DNA of 57,073 nt, the filler included, from Platydemus manokwari (Eukaryota), in assembly GCA_037951405.1 (NCBI GenBank). It is 5 parts of 5 records of this genome, joined end to end, with 100 filler letters (N's around TTAATTAATTAA, not from the genome) between each part and the next. Parts side by side here need not be neighbours in the genome. Positions count along the whole stretch, not along the records: positions 30,521 to 44,290 come from JBBMOY011626959.1; positions 44,391 to 57,073 come from JBBMOY010014459.1; 3 more parts are not named here. One strand, 5' to 3'. Every line of letters begins with the position of its first letter. The stretch's first letter is position 1. The notes beneath the pieces are model-generated. The model was given only the letters and a program-made list of their open reading frames with translations, was not told the DNA's origin and searched no databases. Made by a program: the position numbers and the translations under genes. Of the stretch, positions 39,864 to 53,198 are shown piece after piece.

Positions 39864-40238
39864 AATCTAACAATAATTTAAAATTGATTCCATTAATTAT
39901 TCTCGATAAAATCTACTTTGAAGTGATTTAAGAATTAAATTTTTGTTTTATATTGAATTCATATCGGGTTTGAGCTTCTCAACTAGCTAATTTATAAGAC
40001 ACTTTACTTATTACGGTTTTGAGATATTAATGTAGATCATGTGATTTTAAAATGGATTATTTAAAAATCGATAAACGGTGCGGTGTTGTCGCTGTGTATC
40101 ATTTTTAAATATTTTAAGAGCTATTTAATTTTCTGCTAGTTAGATAATATTGGAAATTTAATTTGTTTAAAAATTCTGAACAACGTGGTTTTTCAAATTT
40201 TTAATAATTTTTTGTGATAAAATTAAGTGACGTTTAAC

Positions 40239-41620
40239 TGGTAATCACGCAGAAGTAAATACTCTTACGAGAGTCAAACGAGATGAAAGTCAGAAAATGG
40301 TTACTAATACGCCGCAACAAACTCAGGAGTTATTGATCCTGAAGCCGCCTTTCTCTAATGCATCAGTTCAATATACTGAAAAAAGGTTCCAGAAAACCAA
40401 GGATTTTGCAGCATTTAATCAAATGAAATTATCATTTGCATTTGACTTGCTGTTGAGAGACGATGTAAAACAACTGTGGTAAGAATATAGTAGTATCAAA
40501 GAAACTATTTTAAATGAAGAAATTGAGAAATGCTTTTTAGAAACTATCTCACATCCTAAAACAGTGTACTACAGGGTTTAAGATTTAGAAGCAATGCAAC
40601 AAAGACCAGATGAGAAGTACGGAAGGGCTGAACTTTGGGTAAAAAATTGTGAAGGAGTTATTCGATATAAAAAAACACTCTTGAAAAAATTTCAAGACTA
40701 TATATTCCAAAAGGTCTAAATTGCAAGAAATCGAAGGAGTCCTTAGGAGGAGAGAGTTAGCTGTCAATTTAGAGAAGCTAAGTCCGATGAAGCTCATAAA
40801 CGTCATCAAGAAGACATATGCGTAATCGGTATATGAAAGTAATCCGAGAAAAATCATCGTGTACCAGTTAACCAAATGAAATTTCCGACAATACGAGACA
40901 AACAACATAAATGAAGGATATTGAGTCTTTCAAAGATTGTAGAGGAAAACTCTCACCACGTGGTGATTATTTAAAACCGGGAGCTTGCTTTTGATACGGT
41001 TACCTTGGACACCGGAAGTTTAAACGTCCACTGCGGAATAAATTTTTAATGTCCCGAAAAGAAGGGCATCTGTTCATAGAATGTTAGCTAGGTAGAAAAC
41101 CTAGTTACAATAGTTCGAGGATAATACTGTGTATCCATGACGAAGAAGATGAAGCTGTTATTCAAACTGAGAATAAAGAAGGCGATTGTGTTAGCACAGT
41201 CTCCATGGAATAGAAAAATGACTGGAAACAACCTCCTGTCCCTATCTCGTCAGTGGAGTTGAGTCAATAGGATACATATCAACTAGAGATAGAATAGAAA
41301 TAAAGAAGGAAGACGGCAATAGGAAGAGGAAGCACTCACAAATCTATTAAAAAGCAGATTGCAGATAGTGGAGTACAATTGATCGTAACGGTACACAGAT
41401 TGAAATGTTATCGGATTCTGGTACATCGATAACAGTAATGAATGAGAGCAAATTCTGATGTTCGATTGGATGGTCTCTTCTCCGATACACATAAATTGTG
41501 CCTTGGTAAAATAAGAGTCCCAGTAGTTTGGAAAAAAAATTCTACAAAAGGAGATCATCTTGGTAAAAGATATTTGACGAGGATTCATTAGGGGAGTGGA
41601 TTTGATGAATAATTGTGAAA
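40239..41620 (+). mobile_element. Degenerate Ty3/gypsy gag-protease region
   Basis: PBS-like TGGTAATCACGC at ~40239; broken ORF from ATG 40297; two decayed zinc knuckles (GACF*YGYLGHRKFKRP...KEGHLFIEC, ~40980-41085); protease-like remnants (GSTH, GVDLM). Confidence 0.55.
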
Positions 41621-42337
41621 TATTCCTAGCGTGATAGAATCAATTGATGCCTTGTTAATAGCTAAGAATTTTATTCGACATATAGATGATTTTGCACTCA
41701 CCAAATCTTTGATAAAAATTGATCAAATTTACTTAAGTGTTAAGTTACAAATAAATATAAATCTTCGGTATTGCTTATGCCGAGGAAAATTTAAAGAAAC
41801 TTTAATATTAATTTTAAAATGAAAAATAATATTTTGAAATTTTATTAAATTATTTAAAGTTTAATATGAAGTCATTTTTAAATTAAGAATGACAGTTAAA
41901 TATCTCTGAAAGACTTTAATTTATCCATAAATTGTGTAATTTGTTTGACATTAATTTATTATTTACGAAAGCTGTTGAAATGAATACCTCTATAGAATCT
42001 TCCATTTTAAACGAAGTAGCTACTATTAACAGTGAATTTGGGAATTTTAAAATGAATGAAAATTTAAAAGGAATATATTTATAATTTAAAACATTAATGT
42101 TTAAATAATTTAGGTATGCATACTTTCATGACGTGACTTAACAATTTGTTTTCAATAATTGCTTAATAACATAGTAATGGTTTACAATGATAATTATTTT
42201 TTAACTATCAAACAGCTATAATATAAAACAAAACTAATTCTATTTTTTATTAATAATAACAAAAAAATTCTGCTGCATTTCTAAAAAAATGCAAAATATA
42301 TAATTGGACTTGATCTTCAGATATTTAACTAAATCGA

Positions 42338-42834
42338 TTAGTATAATACTAACGGGGCATCGTTTTCAGCTGCTCTTCTTTCTTCATGAAGTTGAGGACC
42401 GTCTTTTAGCTTAATTTTTGAGCAGAAAGCAAGGAAAATGATGCAATCAATTATGTATATAATGAATACAAGGCAATTCAATGTAAAACTGTATCCATAC
42501 ATAATTGCTAAATGATTGGCGCCACTTAATTTCAAACGATTCTCGTGATACACCATTTCTTGCAGAAAAAAATCAATTGACATGTAGGAAGATATAGCTG
42601 AAAAAATATACAACAGCACAAGACTTCATATAACTTTCAAATTATTAAAATTAATCATCGAATAATAATTAATTTCATTTTGTATTTAATAATAACCTGT
42701 CATTAGATAAAGAGCTGCAGTAAGCCGCTTAAGAGTATACCGAGGCCTGTAAATACTGTAAGCATTAAATATAAGAGTCAATGATATCATGAATATTGAC
42801 ACTGCTGCAAACACCGCTCTAGATGTGAAGTAAC
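42338..42834 (-). CDS. Claudin/PMP22 superfamily (TMEM114/CACNG-like) tetraspan protein, last two exons; 5' exons not found
   Basis: Exons 42834-42697 and 42597-42338 (GT-AG, 99-nt intron) give YFTSRAVFAAVSIFMISLTLIFNAYSIYRPRYTLKRLTAALYLMTAISSYMSIDFF...YGYSFTLNCLVFIIYIIDCIIFL...RAAENDAPLVLY*. Three TM helices; PRYxxKRL loop and YGYSF motif as seen in invertebrate claudin-like proteins. Confidence 0.8.
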
Positions 42835-43047
42835 CTAAAAATTTTATTATTATTAAAAAATTATTAATTATACTTTAGTTAAGCATATAAACATTATAAT
42901 TAATAATAAAAGATTAACACGCGGCACGCTTTACATGTACATTTGTTCTTCAGGACAGGGGCGCTAAACATTATAATGGGGACGTCTAAAATTTGTAATT
43001 CTAATATAAAATTTAGTTGTTATGATTTCTGATTTGTTGAAAGCAAT

Positions 43048-43107
43048 TTATTGTATAAATTATTGTATAAAATTATTGTATAAAATTATTGTATAAAATT
43101 ATTGTAT
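43048..43107. repeat. Minisatellite, ~13-bp unit TTATTGTATAAAA, about 4.7 copies
   Basis: Direct read of the sequence. Confidence 0.9.
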
Positions 43108-44216
43108 TCATTTCATCGCTGTTGTTTTAATAATATCGAAACAAGGCAGATTTATAAATATTTCATGAATGTTGAAGCAGAACTGAGAGTGGTAGTTTCT
43201 GAAATATCACCAAGAATAGACATTTTGATACAACAACCCCAGGCGCCTCCGTTACATTAAAATAAAATTTAATTTCATCGTTGCTTCATTTTTTTTCAAT
43301 TAACTGCAATTTTTAATTTCTGATGAAATTATTAAATAATAAAAAAGCATAATTTGAATAATGTCTTGCTATGAAGAATATATTTATTTCATTTAAATAG
43401 TATTTCATATGGGAGTTATTACCTATTACGGGACCCATTTACGGGAGTCAGTAACTAATATAATACAAATGGGGAAGCAATTTTAAAAGTTTACACACCC
43501 CTCCTCTACTATACCATTTGGATACAATATTTAGGATATTCAAGTTAATATATTTGAGATCTCAAGAACATGGCACAGAAATTCGAAATTCTATTTTATT
43601 AATCTGAAATATTGATCACATATAAATTTGCAAAAGTAAACTCAACATGTCAAATATTTACCATAAATTGAATTATATCTTATATTGAATTTGCATTCAT
43701 AGAATATGCATGGAATTGAATAGAACATTTAATAGCCACAATGGAACAATGCAGAAATATGAAAAATAACATGAAAATAATAATTTTATGAAAAATGTTG
43801 GTAATACATAATGATTAACAGATTTCCTGTAAAAACGTTAAAAAATTAGAATATAACCAACATTTAGGCAGGGTCTCTTGCAGATTTCTATAGACTAACT
43901 GTATGGACATTAATGTATGGATATCTCGATTATCAATGTTTATGAATAAATATTAGTACATTGATTAAATCTATTGAAATTCTATTGATTAGTAATAGAA
44001 TTCATGACTTGAAACATTATTATATCAAATTCAAGTTCGCTTTTATACATAAAAAAGTCTTTGCCAGTATAAGTTTTATAAATCGATACTAATAAGAAAA
44101 ACAGTTGCTTTCAGGGATAACAGTAAATAAACGACGTGGAATTAAATAATGTTTTAGATATAGCGTTACTTATAATTGCGTTTTTGACAAATACAATTGA
44201 TGGTTTATTCCGATAT

Positions 44217-44290
44217 TATTAGGTTGTTGGGAAAATAATGGCCGTTTTTGCATTGCATATTTAAACTGTTAATATTTAACTAAAATCATT
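44217..44290 (+). mobile_element. Terminal 74 bp of a young mariner-type element at contig end
   Basis: TATTAGGTTGTTGGGAAAATAATGGCCGTTTTTGCATTGC... runs into the spacer; identical (inverted) to 30523-30596. Confidence 0.8.
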
Positions 44291-44390
44291 NNNNNNNNNN
44301 NNNNNNNNNNNNNNNNNNNNNNNNNNNNNNNNNNTTAATTAATTAANNNNNNNNNNNNNNNNNNNNNNNNNNNNNNNNNNNNNNNNNNNN
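44291..44390. other. Artificial contig spacer
   Basis: N44-TTAATTAATTAA-N44. Confidence 0.97.
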
Positions 44391-45177
44391 TACTAATCAA
44401 TCCTATTTATATATTATTCTACACTGTTAGTTGTATTATATTCACAGGCTAAGTCTTACTGAGAACAATGTCTGATCTATATCATTCATACATAATATAT
44501 GAGACCAAATGGTCTATGTGATTTTTAGATTTATTGCTCAATAGTTATACATCAAGTGTTCTAATTTATGGAAATAACAACACATACACAGTATTATAAT
44601 TTGTCAATGAAGTAACTGTTACCTAAGTAGATCATTATTTATTTGTATGTGACATTTCTATTAATACGCACCAAAATTGTATTAAATTTTGTAAGACTAT
44701 TAGTCACCAAAAAGGTAATCAAAGTGTGAGGTGATTTTGAACGTCGTGTTGCAATAAAAGAGACGTTTTTCATTATTAAACGAAAATTAACAATAATATT
44801 GCGGTGGTATTTTAGATATTATAATGAGAGATTTTCAACAAAACATGCTGTAAGACGGAAATAATTTTAGAAATACGAAAGTTATTATTTTTTTCCATAT
44901 TATTTCACTTGTATTTGAAATGCAACAAATAATAAAACTTTTATATCTATTAAATAAAACTTAGTGAGATAATTTGTCATCGAGATATTCAGTTGGTATT
45001 TTAAAATCAAGATAAAACGAAGTGATATACCGAGATCACCTTGAAATTTAAAAATATCTCCACTGAAAATAAACCAAAATTCATTGCAAATATTTTCACA
45101 ATTTAAAACTAATTATTTACAGAATTAGTACACGATTTGACGAGATTTTATTTTAAATGTAATCACATTGGAAATTG

Positions 45178-45210
<33 letters not shown>
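45178..45210. repeat. (ATT)n microsatellite
   Basis: Direct read of the sequence. Confidence 0.9.
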
Positions 45211-46384
45211 TTATATCAATAACAGTTTCAGTGAAGGGCCAAAAGGTTTTATATATTAGACTGCAGAAATTTTCAATATAGACAAAATCAAAATAAATAA
45301 CAACAAGACACAAAAACAATTGATTATTTGACTGATCTAAAATTGTATATTAAAAATGTTTATGCAAGCCATTAAAATCGATATTTAAATAAATATTTTC
45401 AATCTTTATTGTATAGAAAAGGTTACACATCGTGGAAGAAATCTACAACCTTAATAAAGTAATTAAATCAAACTGTGAATCTAATTTCATTATTAAAAAT
45501 TCGATAAAATCATAATAATAATAAAACAATAAAAACAAGAGAAAGTTCTAAATTTTGAATTTTAGCCTATGAATCATGATAATAAATACACCTATTATGG
45601 TGAAATTATTAATAATACAAATAAATTAAAATACTGACTAAATAATCAATAATGAACGCAGAACATGTGTCGTATTGAAATCTCAAAATGCAAAAAATCT
45701 CTACCAATATAAAAAATTTCTGAAACTTTCTAACTTCTAACAAATCCAATGAACGTATTCCGCGATATCATCCATGAATACCGGAACAGGAAATATTCAT
45801 TCATTTTAAAAATCAATATTATATAATAGCTTCAAATAAAAAATAATAATGCCAAAATAAACCATATGGGATAAAAAATTAAAATTTTCTTTGTGATAAA
45901 ATGCCAAATAAATTGATTGATAAAGTTCTATTTAACCCTGGCTGAATTTTCAATGTAAAAAATAGGGATGGTTTTTTAATAAATTATCGATTAAATTGGA
46001 TGAATAAGTGAAAATGTTCGAGTAAACCAATAAATTAATCGAACCAAATCTTTTGCAAACGGTTTCTGACTAAACACACAAATCGATTAAATGTTAGCAA
46101 ATAAATCGGCTTGATTTTAAGCCAGACGGAATGCACCAATAAAAATCGATAACAATGACAATCAATGAAAGTGAGATAATTTCTTATTTAGATACAAAAT
46201 CGAAAACCAAATCTCTGAAAAATAGGTACCTGGTGGATTGCCTGTTGCAATCCGAGAAATCGCCAAAAAAATTGCTAGAATCGATAACAACTGAATGATG
46301 AACTCTCATGTGAAAAAATAGAATACTTTTCAGCAGAGGAATCTCAAAATCTGGAATAGAAATTCATATTTAAAAGCTCTTCTC

Positions 46385-49300
46385 TCAAGCAGATCCGAAA
46401 GATTTCAAATTAAAAGTTCGATTCAAATGCTCGAATGTCAAGAAGCTGATACTGCTGGCGGGTAACACTTTGCATAAATTTGCACTGACACCTCTGTATA
46501 AGCCACGCACTCCTCCAGTTTTGTAAATCGTTCGCAATAAACCAAAAGCCGAATCGATATTTCGTTCCGAAAATTCTGATTTGGATTGAAGTTTCGTGCG
46601 GATCAAAGCAAACGGATACGTTGTGAGAATACCGCAAGTGGCACTAAATGAAGACATACACGGCACAATTAGTGGATGTGGATGATCGGCATCGGGTAAT
46701 TTTGCCCAACCCATATATAGCGATTTGCATTTCTCATATAATGTCAATTCTATTCCAGCGTAGGGAATGATTCCTGCGATATTGATGAAAAATCCTCGAT
46801 AAAAAGATCGTAATCCTGCTTCCTTGTACATTGACTTAGCACAGTGAATAGCGGAGTGGTATTGACCGGTTTTTCGCAGACATAAGCGAGTCTTCAAAGT
46901 CTGAAGTAAGTTAAAAACGTGATGAACATTTCATGTAATCCGTGACATCCATTCGATGACATTAATAAAAATGCAATTCCAGGGTATTTTTAAGTCCTGG
47001 CAGAACTCACAAAATTCTAGAAACGAAAACCCATAGACAACAATGACATTGGGATAGAAAAACTATAAATAGGAAATGATAGATAAAAACCACCTAAATA
47101 AATGAAAGGAAAAACCAAGGAAAAATGACAAGATAAAATGAATAGCTTGATTATGTATATTCCAGACCCAAAAAAATGAGTGAACGAAAGCCAATCATTT
47201 ATTCAATAAAGAAAGCTGTAACAAACTCTCGTTACCTTTTTATTTATGAAAAACAAATTATTTTTTAATATTTTTAAAGCTTTCAATTGGAATTTATCTG
47301 CTGCATCAAGTGTGATTCGACAAAATATAATTTCAACCAAGACTAATAATAAATTGACAAGTTACAGTGGATGAGAATAAATAATAATTATTATATACTA
47401 TTGACTGTTTGAAAACCATATAATTTTATCGAAAATTTTACAAATTTTAGTTCAACATTTAATTTCACTTTAATTATTAGACTCTGGGGTTTTTTATTTA
47501 TCGTTATGACCTTGTCAACATTAACTGCTATGATATAAAATAAAAATTTAGCCCGCCAACACAAATCATTGAAAAGGAAAAAATCAAACTTATTTCGTTG
47601 TAATTTTATTCTTGATTTTATAAAAGGAGAAAATGCTTTCAACTTGATAATATTTTAGATTGTTAACAATCTTTCTCTGTAGATCATAACAAATAGTCAA
47701 TTTTTTGGGAAATTTTGTTACAAATTTTCGAAATTATGAATCCCAGTTTTCAGCCATGTTTCCTGGGGAATCATCATTTTAAATAAAGACCAATGAATGA
47801 CGTTTGTAATGTCTGCATTTGATTTACAAAGTACGTCATCAGATAATACCAACATACAGTCGAAACTTAAAGTTCGCGTCACAGGTTAACAAAATTTTTG
47901 TCATCATCTTTCAATTATCAGCGATTGGGACCATGTTTTAGAAGCTAGTATTTGATTCAAAATCCAAATTTACACCAAAACTTAATAATTTTCATTTCGG
48001 AAACACCTGGAGTAATGTGATAATTATCTATCAATGTCTAAAACTCTGGAAATATTTACAAAAGATCTCAAAGAAAACAGGAACGTATTTCATTTTTTGT
48101 TTTTTATTTGATGAAATTTAGAGGACCTATATGTAATATACATTGATAACCGTTTTTGTAAGACTCTATTTAAAAAAATATTTGTTTAAAAGCTTTTTAA
48201 CCCTTTCAATACTGGGCGGATATATAAGTCCCAGAGAAACCATTTTTTATAAAAATCTGAAATCAAGCAAATACGTTCCTTTATTTATTTGCAGCACATA
48301 TAGTTCAGTTATACAAAAATATTTTCACTGGCCAAAAGTCGTATTTAAATATTTATAAATTCAAATAGTCGGTATGACAGGACACACACATTCTTTTATT
48401 TTTACAACAAATTACAAACATTTCCGCATATAGCTAATGGGTGATGATTATTCCTAACCAGGTTTGAGGACAAAACGAACAAACACCAACTGAGAATGCT
48501 TCACATTCAGTCAGGTAAACTTGCATTCACTTTGTAGAATTTTAACAGGAATTTTAATGAATAGATTAATCTAATATATATATATATATCGAACAACACA
48601 TCCAATATAATTAAAATATGTAACCACAACATTCTGGTGTGGTGGTTTCGAGGTCAAACATGAAATAATAATAATCGATTGTGCAATCATCAATAATATG
48701 TCAACGAAAATTTAATAATAATATCCAAAAGATATTAATATAAAAAACTGAAAATAAATATTTGGAAATATTAATCATAAAGCGACATTTCGATGGATTT
48801 TATTGATTAATCGTCTCGAACTGCTTTATTTTTGCGCTACAAAGCATAAGACGATTTTAAATATATCTTAGTTGGCCAATTCAATTATCGATTCGGTTTG
48901 TTATTTAGTGATAGGTCATTATCGATTATATTAGGATTTATTAGAGATAAAATATTGGTAAATCAATACAATCGAAATGGCCATTATAACAAAACAGATG
49001 TTATATAATGTGTGGAATATTGCGGAATCACACTGTAAGGAAATCAATATAAATAAACAAAGATTATCAAATGGAAAATTAATGAAAAAAATAATCAATA
49101 AATATATCAGATAAATTCCATTTATCAATAAAACGCACTTCGAGCGGATAAATAACTGTCTGTGAGCTCACTCCTGCCAGAGATCCAGCGACAAATTTAT
49201 GCAACAGAGACTGACTGGCATTGTTGGCATCGGTGTTTTTGCGCAATTGCAATTTGAAATATTCGTACATGCTGAATTTCAATGCACTTTCTGGAACAAT

Positions 49301-52176
49301 TTTTATGACATTGATGCCATTACCGCGCCACAGTGAAAAGAATCCTCCTTCTTTAAACATGTAAGTCATAGCTAAAGTGATCAAATAATCACTGAAAATT
49401 CCGAAATCCAGAGATACTTCATACATTGAACTATGCCACTATTCACGTGCTTGTATCCATGGACCTGTAAGAGAACTTTCACACGATCCAACGGGGCAGT
49501 GCTCGTTCGAGAAATGGCTCCAGCCACACCTCCAGCGAGCAACCGTTTCAACTGCAAAATAATACCCCCGTCGCTATGGACATCGTATTCTTCAGGTATA
49601 ACCCAATCAGCACCAACGTCAATAAACTGAAATATCATTTGACAAATGTCAAATCAACAGAAAATTGCAATCAGGGAAAATTGATTAAATATGCCATTTT
49701 CTTGGCTTTGCACAGATATATGATTAAACGAAAGTACTTTGTTTTAACTCAGATATAAACGGAAATATTGATTATTGACTTGATAAACAAATATATCTAT
49801 TAGAATTCACATTTAAAATTAGTCTAAGAAAAATTAGCATAAATTTTAAGATCAAAGGTATTATGAATGATAACGTTATTAAGATTAATTCAATTATACA
49901 ACATACAACTTCTAAAATCATCTTATATTATATATTGAATATTAATAAGAATATAAACAAAAGGTATCTCACAAGTTTCAATATATGGCAAGGTTTCAAG
50001 AATTGTATTTCGCATTTCGGATAATATAGAAAATACATTTGAATAAAATTAAAGTGCAAATATAAATCGAGCATCATTTGCGGCTTTATGGGAAAGCTAA
50101 GCGGAAGATTCACATAAACAGGAAATATTAAAGATCAAAGGAGATGAGGTTGTCGACTGATTACGTGGGAATTCCATCTACAATAGTTTCAGCGCTCCCA
50201 CAAAGTCTCAGAAATAGTATAACATGGTTGTCTGTATAAAGTGATATCAACAAATATTGTATCAACAACAAATAAATGGCGTCTTTGGAATCTTATAATC
50301 TAAATAAAGGCATCTAAATAAAGACTACTAAGATAGATGAATGGCATTCTCTGAATGAGTATTAAGCAAATCGAATGATATGATTTTAAGATTTTGTTTA
50401 TTCCTTAAACACACGTTCACGTCAATAAAAGCAAGATCAACGCTGTTGGAGAATAGATAAACTCAATGAGTGAGTCCAACGGAAATGCAAAGTACAAGTA
50501 AAATGATATAAGGTGACAAAATGATGAGAGTATTTTTCATTATTGGAAATCTTAATGCTAAAAGTATTTTAATATGTGGTAAACGATTTGTTAAGAATGC
50601 AATCTAGAATTATGAAATAACGTTAAATAATAAAGATTAATATTATAATTAATAATTATTATTGTTAATAATAATAACAATTAAATGTATTGAAAGGGGC
50701 TGTCAAGGTAAAGAGAGTTTGCTGATATAACCATAGAGAATTGCAACTGGTAATAAAGTACGTAATAAAGTACTTAATAAAGTATTCACAGTTGTTACCA
50801 AACGGTATTAGATATAACTTTGAACTCATCATTTACTCAGACTCACTAATAATTACGACTTTGGGCATGGTTTTACATAATTTCTCAACAATAATGACAT
50901 GAATAAGTGAAAAATATCCATCATATATCTCTCAATGAATTACATCTCGGGATTGTCAATGATCAAGCGAATAAACATTTCTAGCCTTGACATTATTTAT
51001 ACTAACAGATAGCTTTTATAAAATAATAAATTGTTACAGAACATGTCATAATATCGATATATTAAGAATATATTATTCATATGATATGGTGTTGATAAAT
51101 TCTCATATAATTAATGACAAGCATGAATAATCAGAAATTCTTTGATCAACACGATATTTTAGCGTGATAACCACGACATTATAATGTGACAACCACGTGA
51201 GTTACATATTTAGTTACCAATGTCAAAAATAATCGGATATAAATAGATCAGTAATAATAAATTATAAACACGTGCTGCATGAGCGCGTTTCATTCATAAA
51301 AAATTACAAAATAATAAAAGGCATTATTAAGAAAATTATAATTATTTGTCCATCATTATATTTATCCAATAAATACCTATTATTAAATAATAATAAATTC
51401 TTTTGGTCTACTAGGATTAATAAAAAGCTCAAAAATATTTCACTGTGATTATGCAACAATAGATGATTGTGTAATATCATTAATTAAGCATTATCCATAT
51501 TGGACTTCATTCGGAAAATCTTTTTAAAACTGATAGTTTATCAATCATTATAAAGATATCTACCTGACCATCTCGCCAAAACCGAACTATTTCTTCTAAC
51601 GTATGAACCGGGTGAAAGAGCAAAAAATCTCTCCATTCCTCAATTGAAATTTTCCAATTACCATCTTGATCAATTCTAAATTACATAACTCTGGTTATTA
51701 AAAATAAATCATCAACTGAAACAGACCTGCTTACTAATTTTTCAGCCTCCTCAGTTGATATCACTATGTTTAATCGCCGAAAAACGGATTTTATATCTTT
51801 TACATCTATGGGATCTAAATATGGCATTAAAAGTTATTCATATTGGTAAATTTACTTTTCACGTTTAACTCAATTTCTCGAAAAGCTAAATTTAGTCTAC
51901 GATCCCGATTTTCAATATATTTTACAAATTCTGGAAAATCAACTAAACCATCCTTATTAGTATCTGCGCTTTTCAAAAAATGCTTTAGAAAATATAAATT
52001 AATATTACCAAAGACCATACATTTACTTTTGCCAATGTAGCATCATGGATATTTTTAATTTTAAAGTTGCGTAAAGATAACCACTTAGTTAAATCAGTAA
52101 GACAAATACTCCCATCTTTGTTAACGTCTAACTTTTTAAATAATTTTTCTAATTCAATTTCTCTGTCTTTAGACAT
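46385..52176 (-). CDS. SCaMC: Calcium-binding mitochondrial ATP-Mg/Pi carrier (SCaMC; SLC25A23/24/25-like), complete, 475 aa
   Basis: Seven exons 52176-52027, 51982-51856, 51814-51727, 51675-51564, 49626-49425, 49371-49139, 46900-46385 total 1428 nt in frame with GT-AG introns. EF-hands DVNKDGSICLTD, DTNKDGLVDFPE, DQDGNWKISIEE; three carrier repeats with Px[DE]xx[KR]-type signatures (PLDRVK, PLETLK, PFALIR); SRTSTAPLDR and WRGNGINVIKIVPE motifs. Confidence 0.96.
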
Positions 52177-52391
52177 TTAATAAATAATCACATTAATTTT
52201 GTTGATTTTTACAATTTTAAACTTATTATTAAAACAATAATCACAAATTGCATTGAATTAAATTAATGTTTCCAATATTTGTTATTCATGTATATATTAT
52301 TATTTTGGTCCCTCTGTTAACAAATTAGCTAAATTGAATTATTCTATTAATATAAAATTTACTATCCGAAAGTAATTTTAAGAACAAGTTA

Positions 52392-53143
52392 CCGTAAATT
52401 ATATGCATTAAGACCCGACATCTATTAAGACCCCCTCATGTTTAGATCAAAAATTTTAGAAAAACCTAAATTATTTTATTCATCATAGAAATCATAACAT
52501 TCTTCTTCACTCTCAAATATACCCCTTGTTTCCACGTGTTGATTAACCAGTTTTGTAGCTAAATTCTTCAATTTCCTCACCACCTGTATCTGAGGAATCA
52601 CTTTGGGCAAAAATAGCATCATCCTCAGAGCCATCCAAAGCATTACTAATACCTGTTTTCTTAAATGATTTGATGATAACATCGTTCATGATGGCATCCC
52701 ATGAAGTTTTCACGTATTGGCAGACTTGTGAGATTGTTGTCTTTAGGCATGGTTTTACGTTTGAAGATTAATAGTGGAAGCAACTTGGTCATGTCAGCCA
52801 TACAGGAAAAGACATAAATAAAATGACTTTTTTCATGAGCTCTTGTATGTGTTGGGGATGCGGGAAAAACAGTAACAATTTCATCAATACAACCGAGACT
52901 AAAATTGTCTCATTTGACTGATTAAAAGACATTTATTATGCATGGCTTGGTTGTACAAGCATTTGTGTATAATGTAACAATTTTTTATCTTTGAATTTTT
53001 AGTAAAATGTATCAATTTTAGCTTGATTACTCAAGCAGTTATGTTTGAATTCATTTTATTGTCAAGCTTGATAATTCATGAATTGTATTTTGTTTTATTT
53101 TTAATTAAAATTGTTAATCAAGCTTTCGTATAATTTGGTTGAA

Positions 53144-53198
<55 letters not shown>

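Noticed and set aside
43048-43107. Short regular repeats as a possible CRISPR-like array
   Set aside because: No spacers; simple minisatellite in a eukaryotic context.
43700-43830. Candidate upstream exon for the claudin-like gene
   Set aside because: Has an acceptor-like site but no frame gives claudin TM1/ECL1 motifs with a compatible donor.
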